A stretch of 64,000 nucleotides of DNA from a virus (Duplodnaviria; Caudoviricetes), in the IMG/VR virus record IMGVR_UViG_3300031994_000089, positions 3,154-67,153 of that record. The stretch is one strand, 5' to 3'. Numbering within the stretch: the first letter of the stretch is position 1; every line of letters begins with the position of its first letter. The notes beneath the pieces were generated by a model. It had not been told where the DNA came from. It did not search any database and saw only the letters and a list, made by a program, of their open reading frames with translations. Positions 57,769-64,000 of the stretch are shown in pieces. Both the position numbers and the translations under genes were made by a program.

Positions 57769-58935
57769 ATGGTTATTGATCATAAAGGTAATAAGTTTAA
57801 TACAGAAAAAGAAATGTGTGAGTATTGGGGCGTAAAGTACACTACATTTATTAGTAGAAAACATATCGGTTTGACATTAGAAGAATGTCTAGAAGGTAAA
57901 GGTAATGTATATGATCATAAAGGTAATAAGTTTAAATCAGAAAAAGAAATGTGTAAATATTGGAATATAAAATATAGTATATATCAAAACAGAAAACGCT
58001 ATGGTTGGTCGTTACAGGATTGTTTAGAAGGTAAAGATATAGAATATGTATATGATCATAAAGGTAATAAGTTTAAATCTATAAAAGATATGTGCAAATA
58101 TTGGGGTATAAAATGTAGTGTATATAATGGAAGAAAATGCCGTGGTTGGTCAATACAAGATTGTCTAGAAGGTAAAGATATAGAATATGTATATGATCAT
58201 AAAGGTAATAAGTTTAAATCTATAAAAGATATGTGCAAATATTGGGACATAAATTCTACTAGTGTATTTTACTGTAGAAAACGCTATGGTTGGACATTAG
58301 AAGAATGTCTAGAAGGTAAAGGTAATGTATACGATCATAAAGGTAATAAGTTTAATACTGAAAAAGAGATGTGTGAATACTGGAATATAGATTCTTGTAC
58401 TTATCATGGTAGAAAGAAATTAGGTTGGTCATTAGAAGAATGTCTAGAAGGTATATATGTATATGATCATAAAGGTAATAAATTTAATACAGAAAAAGAG
58501 ATGTGTGAGTATTGGGGCGTAAAGTATTATATTTATAAAAATAAAAAATATAAAGGTGAATCATTACAAGAATGTCTAGAAGGTAAAATAGAATATGTAT
58601 ATGATCATTTAGGTAATAAGTTTGAATCTATGGTAGATATGTGTAAATATTGGAATATAGCATATGATACATATCGTTATAGAAAACAATCAAATTGGGA
58701 ATTAGAAGAGAGTTTAAATATAATACCACGTATAGCTTTAAATAATAAAATTATTATTCATACATATCTTACAGATAATTTATATCTAGAAAAAATAAAA
58801 GATATAAATGGTATTTTATATTGTGAATGTTTAATAGATGATAATCCAATAATATTACATCCAGAAATAGTAAAAGATATATGTAGAGAATATAATACTA
58901 ATAGAATATTATCTAGTAAGAAGAGAGCAGGGTAA
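57769..58935 (+). CDS. tandem HTH-like repeat protein C (7 repeats plus conserved C-domain)
   Basis: Same repeat; 5' end and RBS shared with protein B. Confidence 0.85.
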   Translation: MVIDHKGNKFNTEKEMCEYWGVKYTTFISRKHIGLTLEECLEGKGNVYDHKGNKFKSEKEMCKYWNIKYSIYQNRKRYGWSLQDCLEGKDIEYVYDHKGNKFKSIKDMCKYWGIKCSVYNGRKCRGWSIQDCLEGKDIEYVYDHKGNKFKSIKDMCKYWDINSTSVFYCRKRYGWTLEECLEGKGNVYDHKGNKFNTEKEMCEYWNIDSCTYHGRKKLGWSLEECLEGIYVYDHKGNKFNTEKEMCEYWGVKYYIYKNKKYKGESLQECLEGKIEYVYDHLGNKFESMVDMCKYWNIAYDTYRYRKQSNWELEESLNIIPRIALNNKIIIHTYLTDNLYLEKIKDINGILYCECLIDDNPIILHPEIVKDICREYNTNRILSSKKRAG

Positions 58936-58954
58936 ATTAATACCCTGCTCTCTT
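58921..58954. terminator. bidirectional terminator
   Basis: AAGAGAGCAGGGTA / TACCCTGCTCTCTT. Confidence 0.75.
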
Positions 58955-58956
58955 GT

Positions 58957-60363
58957 TTATTTTTTCTTTGCTTGTCTATCATCTGATATATCTTTATCTT
59001 CTTTATCAAAATACTTATCTCTATATTCTGATTTATTAAGATTGGATTCTGATATTCTATTATTATTTAAATTCTCTAGAGATATATCTAATTCGTTCAT
59101 ATAATCTCTATCATAATATACTGCAATATCTAATATATCTTCATCTTGTGGAGTATTAAAGTAAGCAACTTTATTTATCCAATCCATTCTAATTGGAACT
59201 CTTTTGGCTAAGTCCGCTTCTGTAAATACTTTAACATTAATAAAGTGACTTGGCGATACTCCATTTACTAGATCATGATTAATAGTCTTAGTTAATACAT
59301 TTTCTCCAGTAAATAACGAGGATAAATCCATTGTAGTCTCACCTTTATCTGTAGCATATTGAGTAATAGCTCCGATAGGCCATCCATTCTCATCGACTTT
59401 AGGTATATCTACCATATTAATACTATATATAGCTACAGTACCAGAAGATGCTTCTTTAGGTGTAATTTTTATAGTAAGATCTGATCCGGAATAATATGCA
59501 TAGAATTGTGGCACAGGTATAGTTAATACAGCATTCATTTCGATATGATAATACATATCAAGCTTACCATTTCTTTCACCATCATCTAATTGTAATTTGT
59601 CTTTTACAGCAATATGAGTATATAAACCATTCATTCTAATAAAGAATTCTGCTTTCTTATTTATTGCTCGTATCTTAAATAAAAATGGAACATCTGAATG
59701 ATTATTGAGATAATGAAGAAAATCCACAATATCTACAACTTCACCCTTCTTTATTTCAAACCCCGCTTTATCAGCAATATTAAGAATTATTTCTTTTGGT
59801 ACGTGGAAATCTGCACTAATATCTTCATATTGTGTAGCTCCTACTCTAAAATATAATTCCATCCTTTGAGATAAATCTAATTGTTCAGCTCTGGTATTTA
59901 CTCTAACTTTAAAACCAAAATCCATCCTCAAAGCTCTCATATTAAGACCTAAGAATAAATCTCTATCATAATCTCTAAAGAATGAATTATTTAAATTAGA
60001 TCTTCTAGTATACATTGTAACGGGAGCTTGATAATTATCTAATCCTTCTCTATCATAATCGTGTTCTATTCTAGGCTCTATTCTTGCTCTTGGTTGCTGT
60101 CCTTTTATGATTTGTCTTTTAAATTTATTTTTATAGTCATCTAATACATGTTTTCCATCTACATATATTCCACCAACAAAAAAATTCTTTTCAAATTTAC
60201 TTTCAAACCATTTATACATATAATCTATTGCTAGAGAATATGAATGTACATATGATGGTATAGCTAAATTTGTATATAATTTATCTGCTCTTTCGGAATT
60301 ATTATTAGATGCCCAAATTTCTTCTATATCATTTGGATTTATTGGGACTCTATCGTAACTCAC
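58957..60363 (-). CDS. conserved hypothetical, probable virion structural protein
   Basis: 468 aa, no enzyme motif; assignment by resemblance to jumbo phage structural genes is inference. Confidence 0.45.
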   Translation of the reverse strand: MSYDRVPINPNDIEEIWASNNNSERADKLYTNLAIPSYVHSYSLAIDYMYKWFESKFEKNFFVGGIYVDGKHVLDDYKNKFKRQIIKGQQPRARIEPRIEHDYDREGLDNYQAPVTMYTRRSNLNNSFFRDYDRDLFLGLNMRALRMDFGFKVRVNTRAEQLDLSQRMELYFRVGATQYEDISADFHVPKEIILNIADKAGFEIKKGEVVDIVDFLHYLNNHSDVPFLFKIRAINKKAEFFIRMNGLYTHIAVKDKLQLDDGERNGKLDMYYHIEMNAVLTIPVPQFYAYYSGSDLTIKITPKEASSGTVAIYSINMVDIPKVDENGWPIGAITQYATDKGETTMDLSSLFTGENVLTKTINHDLVNGVSPSHFINVKVFTEADLAKRVPIRMDWINKVAYFNTPQDEDILDIAVYYDRDYMNELDISLENLNNNRISESNLNKSEYRDKYFDKEDKDISDDRQAKKK

Positions 60364-61049
60364 TTTTTCACTCTCCTTTTTTTATTAAAATCAGATTCTA
60401 CAGATTCTCTAATAATATAATATTCTTCATCTGATAAAATAGAAGAATAGTCGTATAAATCTTTTAATATTTCTTTACTGAAGAATTTATCTTTTAATAT
60501 AAATTTCATATTCTTTTTGTCTAATACTCTTATATTATCAATGTTTTTTAAATTTCTAAGAACAAGATAAATAAATTTCTGATCATCTATATGCATAGCA
60601 CACCCATTATCAAATTTATTTATAAAATATTTAAGTTCATCAGTATAAGAAAATTTAATATTTTGATTCTTTGAATATGTTTGTCCAGCGGCTAGAGAAT
60701 CACACAACATTTCAACGGCATATTTATAAGGCATTCTAATTGGGGTGGTTCCTTGATCAAAATTATCCATCCAATATTCATAATGATGAGGATTTCTACC
60801 TTTATGGTGTTGCCATGCTAGTGAATAACCATTTTTTGCTTTACAATTGTCTATTGGAGATCTATCTCCACTATAATATTTAACACTTTCTGAAAATTCT
60901 ATATATGAAAATTTAGATAAGTCGTGAATAAAGGTTTGCCATCTTGACAAGCCTGCAATTCTACCATAATATGAAACCCACTGCTTATGATTACATATAG
61001 TTTTGAAATGTTTAAATGAAATTTTGAGAGTATCTTTGATGTTTTTCAT
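60360..61049 (-). CDS. HD-superfamily phosphohydrolase (DUF5662-like)
   Basis: HK..V, HDLSKF, AWQHHKGRNPHHYEYW, EMLCD; ATG 61049 preferred after AAAGG. Confidence 0.8.
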   Translation of the reverse strand: MKNIKDTLKISFKHFKTICNHKQWVSYYGRIAGLSRWQTFIHDLSKFSYIEFSESVKYYSGDRSPIDNCKAKNGYSLAWQHHKGRNPHHYEYWMDNFDQGTTPIRMPYKYAVEMLCDSLAAGQTYSKNQNIKFSYTDELKYFINKFDNGCAMHIDDQKFIYLVLRNLKNIDNIRVLDKKNMKFILKDKFFSKEILKDLYDYSSILSDEEYYIIRESVESDFNKKRRVKK

Positions 61050-61225
61050 ACATTTCGCCAACCTTTCTTTTAATAATATACTATATTTATATAGAAGTGA
61101 AGTTTGTATAGATAAATGTAAGTTTAAAAATATAATTATTAAATATACTAATAAAAAAGTAGAAAAATAACAAATAATCAACAAATTAATATAAGATTAT
61201 ATACTATATATAGGAGAATAAAGAT

Positions 61226-61441
61226 ATGTCATATGTAGATGATAATAAATTATTAGATTCATATAACGAAATTAATTCGTTAATTAAAACACAAACAGTA
61301 GATAAGGTAGTAATAGATTATACTAAATTAGATGGTGAAACTGAAAATCAGCTTAGACAAGCGATTTCAAAAGTTTTACATAAAAGATGTAACGAATTAT
61401 CTGCAGCATTGAATTCAACCAGAGAATTTGTTATCCATTAA
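61226..61441 (+). CDS. small hypothetical protein
   Basis: AGGAG RBS, early promoter TTATATACTATA 61197-61208. Confidence 0.65.
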   Translation: MSYVDDNKLLDSYNEINSLIKTQTVDKVVIDYTKLDGETENQLRQAISKVLHKRCNELSAALNSTREFVIH

Positions 61442-61460
61442 TATTATATAAAGAAAGGGG

Positions 61461-62462
61461 ATGCATAATAAATTGTTTGATGACATTATAGCAGAACAGA
61501 AAGAAGAACAAGAATATCGTGAGAAACACAATATTCCAATCAATCTTACTTATCCAAATTCTAATGAATATGATTATATGACTAAAATAGAAGTCATAGA
61601 TTTAGACTTAGAATGTAAGTTAGATATTGAATCTGGTCGTGGTTTTGAAATTACAAAACCTAAAGGATCAAATAAGAAAGAGATGAAAAATCCGGATGGT
61701 ATTTATTCATCTAAGTTTGGTCAGAAATTAGGAGATCAAAATCCATATGCAGATAGATATTCTTGCGAATGTGGTTATTTGAAGTCTCATATTAATCACG
61801 GAATAGAATGTCCAGTATGTAGAACAATATGTAGATTTGTAGATGATGATTTTAAGATGTTTGGATGGATAATCTTAAAAGATAAATATCATCTTATACA
61901 TCCAAAGTTTTATGATACTTTGGATTATATATTTGGAGCTTCTAAATATAATGAAGATCGAAAGAAAATCAAGGGTTCCAAATTAAAAAATATGCTACAT
62001 TATTCACCAGATGTAGATGAGCATGGTAATAATGATAGACCATGTTCTTTTAAACCAGATAAAGAACCATTTTATGGAATTGGTATGATGGAATTCTATG
62101 AAAGGTTTGATGAAATATTAGATTATTATATTAAATTATATCCAAAAAAGATTGAATATTATAATGAGATTCAACATTATAGAGATATTATATTTATCCA
62201 TTCTATTCCTGTATTTACAACACATCTTAGACCATCTGATATAAAGGATGGTTATATGTATTTTGAACCAACCAATGGTTATTATACAATAATAAATAAG
62301 AACGTTGCTTTAATCAATAAAGATCAAAGAAGAATGGATAATGATCCAAAAACTAAAAACTTGAAATTATATGATACTCAGATGAAGTTTAAGGAATTAA
62401 CCGATGAGATCTTGAATATCCTTTCTGGAAAGAAGGGAGTACTGCGTATGCTGGTGGGTGCT
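61461..62462 (+). CDS. rpoC: non-virion RNAP beta' subunit, exon 1
   Basis: Zn-binding CECG..CPVC, FGWIIL..HP, SGKKGVLRMLVG. Confidence 0.9.
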
Positions 62463-62760
62463 GTATATGTAACGGCTGCTTGAATTTATTCAAGTACTAT
62501 TCTTTCTAAAACTGGGAAGCCCTAAAGTTCGACAGGGTAATCAGTTACGAAGATCTGTTATAAACAGATTGTGTTCAACGACTAGTTGGTGACAACGTAG
62601 AGCCGAAATCACTGGTGAGGCGTTCTTAGACCCAATGTAAGTCCTCTTAAATCGAAACGAAAGACATCGAAAGATGTAAGATATAGTCTAGTATCCCATT
62701 ATAATGATGGGGAAGTTCATAAGAGAACTGTATGGTGTAGTGTACCATATGAATGCAACG
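62463..62760 (+). ncRNA. group I intron 1 (298 nt, no ORF)
   Basis: R GTTCAACGACTA 62573-62584, S AAGATATAGTC 62678-62688, terminal G 62760; P1 GCU|GU pairs with ACGGC; alternative 5' site 62459/62460 less favoured. Confidence 0.85.
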
Positions 62761-63030
62761 AGATATAATTATGCATGTAGAGCAGTTATAGCACAAGATC
62801 CAACTTTAAGAATTGATCAGGTTAAATTACCTTATACAGAATTAGTAATATGTCTTCAACAACAAATAGAAAACATATTAATGAGATCATATAATATATC
62901 TCCATCAGAAGCATATGACTGGTGGAAGAATGCCATTGCAACTTATGATGAAAGGATAGGAGAAATAATCAATATGATTATAAAGTCCCATCCTAATGGT
63001 GGTATACCCGTGATAATTAATAGAAATCCT
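62761..63030 (+). CDS. rpoC: non-virion RNAP beta' subunit, exon 2
   Basis: RYNYACRAVI (beta' RVDYSGRSVI) through VIINRNP. Confidence 0.9.
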
Positions 63031-63409
63031 TATATTAAAATAGTAGGGCTCCTTTTTAGGTGACTAAGAGGGAGAATTTGGTTTAATTGCTGGGAAAGGC
63101 TAAAGCTCTCTTGCCTATATGGAATCGAAAGATAGAAACAAGTAGAGAGATGATCTATGGTGAAATAAAAGCCTATATAAATAGTATATAGGTCCTAAGG
63201 ATTGGTATAATGTCTAATCAGCAGCGAAGCTCTTATTATATAAGAGAACGTTCAACGACTGTCCCTGAAATGGGAGTAGGATTCAAGTGAATTCCGAAAG
63301 AATCAAGGTCTAATTATTATTAGATTGAAGTATAGTCTCGTCTTCTAGGTAACACCTAGAGAAGTTCATCAGAGAACTGCATAGATTAACGACCTATGTG
63401 AAGATAACG
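63031..63409 (+). ncRNA. group I intron 2 (379 nt, no ORF)
   Basis: TAATTGCTGGGAAA, AATCAGCAG, GTTCAACGACT, GAAGTATAGTC, terminal G 63409. Confidence 0.9.
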
Positions 63410-63425
63410 ACAATAAATTACGGCT
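63410..63425 (+). CDS. rpoC: 16-nt micro-exon (exon 3) of nvRNAP beta'
   Basis: ACAATAAATTACGGCT encodes TINYG plus first base of Ser, restoring NRNPTINYGSILQ. Confidence 0.88.
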
Positions 63426-63773
63426 TAAGAAATTGGGTCAGCTAAATAGAAATGTTTAGTTAAAAATACTACGTTAATTGCTGGGACATGCTTAATTGCA
63501 CAATCAGCATCCAAGTCTCGTAAGAGAAAGGTTCACAGACTATCGAAAGTGTATTATAAGGGAAATACTTATAAGAGTAAATGAGTAGAGTAGAGCCAAG
63601 TGGTTAGTATTATAGTGATATTAGCTATAAGTAAAACTATTAAATCGAAACGCGTAGCACCTTCTATATGGTAATAGTATAGGTGGTGAAGATATAGTCG
63701 AGTATCCATATGTAATGTATGGGAAGTTCAAAGAGAGAACTGTTATAGAGTAACGATCTATAATGAATAAACG
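63426..63773 (+). ncRNA. group I intron 3 (348 nt, no ORF)
   Basis: TAATTGCTGGGAC, AATCAGCAT, GTTCACAGACTA, AAGATATAGTC; IGS AUUG-GGUC pairs with both exons; terminal G 63773. Confidence 0.9.
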
Positions 63774-64000
63774 CAATATTGCAGGTATATTGTATAGGAT
63801 TTACAAAAACACTTACTATGAGTATTTCATTACAAGTATTAAAACCATTGTGTGCAGATTTTGATGGCGATGTCCTTAATATTTTCCATATACTTAATAC
63901 AGAATTTCTGCATAGATGTGAAATTGTATTTAATCCTCGTAATGCAATGTATATTAGTAAGATAGATGGTAAATTTAATAAAGATGTAATGGTTCAAAGA
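63774..64000 (+). CDS. rpoC: non-virion RNAP beta' subunit, exon 4 (partial, catalytic ADFDGD; missing from ORF track)
   Basis: ILQVYCIG..LKPLCADFDGDVLNI..FNPRNAM, open to window end. Confidence 0.92.

Noticed and set aside
53945-58935. CRISPR array (constant ~24-nt repeats with variable spacers)
   Set aside because: Repeats are in-frame parts of long ORFs with RBSs, the spacers are homologous to each other, the period is 132-141 nt, and no cas genes are present
53945-58935. Diversity-generating retroelement target
   Set aside because: No reverse transcriptase or non-coding template repeat in the window, and changes do not look adenine-restricted; cannot be excluded for the rest of the genome
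60360-61460. Chimallin gene next to nvRNAP beta'
   Set aside because: Only a 71-aa ORF and an HD protein are adjacent; no ~600-aa candidate with chimallin features in the window
62457-62462. Intron 1 5' splice site after GGT (62459)
   Set aside because: Also in frame, but the U.G pair of the GCUGU/ACGGC P1 stem falls on U62462 and GAR fits the G-x-R beta' pattern; needs cDNA to settle
62704-63063. Independent 119-aa gene from the ORF track
   Set aside because: Its first 19 codons are intron 1 P9 sequence and its tail is intron 2; the real part is exon 2 of rpoC
62463-63773. Intron-encoded homing endonucleases
   Set aside because: Introns are 298-379 nt and fully occupied by core and peripheral helices
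1-64000. Stop-codon reassignment
   Set aside because: Conserved genes are intact in code 11 and end in TAA, TAG or TGA; all apparent breaks are explained by introns
1-64000. tRNA, rRNA genes and inteins
   Set aside because: No cloverleaf or T-loop contexts outside introns; no C/S..HN intein boundaries or size excess in RecA, PolB, helicase or RNAP subunits

Overview
AT-rich segment of a jumbo bacteriophage of the phiKZ/AR9-like lineage (two split multisubunit RNA polymerases). The host is probably a Firmicute, judging by strong GGAGG Shine-Dalgarno sites, 3D-domain wall enzymes and a clostridial-type dUTPase; this is an inference. The window encodes RecA, IF-1, non-virion RNAP beta N and C halves, NAD-dependent ligase, SbcC, a split family-B DNA polymerase, tubulin, dUTPase, PhoH, a prohead protease and several virion proteins. 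It also carries a virion RNAP beta' gene with one group I intron and a non-virion RNAP beta' gene with three ORF-less group I introns flanking a 16-nt micro-exon. Two positionally enriched promoter classes can be read from the DNA: early T[AT]ATATA[TC]TATA and late NAC[AT]-N6-TA. The most unusual locus is 53.9-58.9 kb. Three paralogues there are built from 5, 6 and 7 tandem ~45-aa HTH-like repeats whose putative recognition helix is hypervariable while the scaffold DNA is nearly invariant, and they flank an SF2 helicase. This is a candidate modular, shuffled DNA-recognition system. A recurrent PISF[DV] peptide motif in ligase and RNAP tails and several candidate structured RNAs were also seen. 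All calls come from reading motifs by eye; no database search was run.
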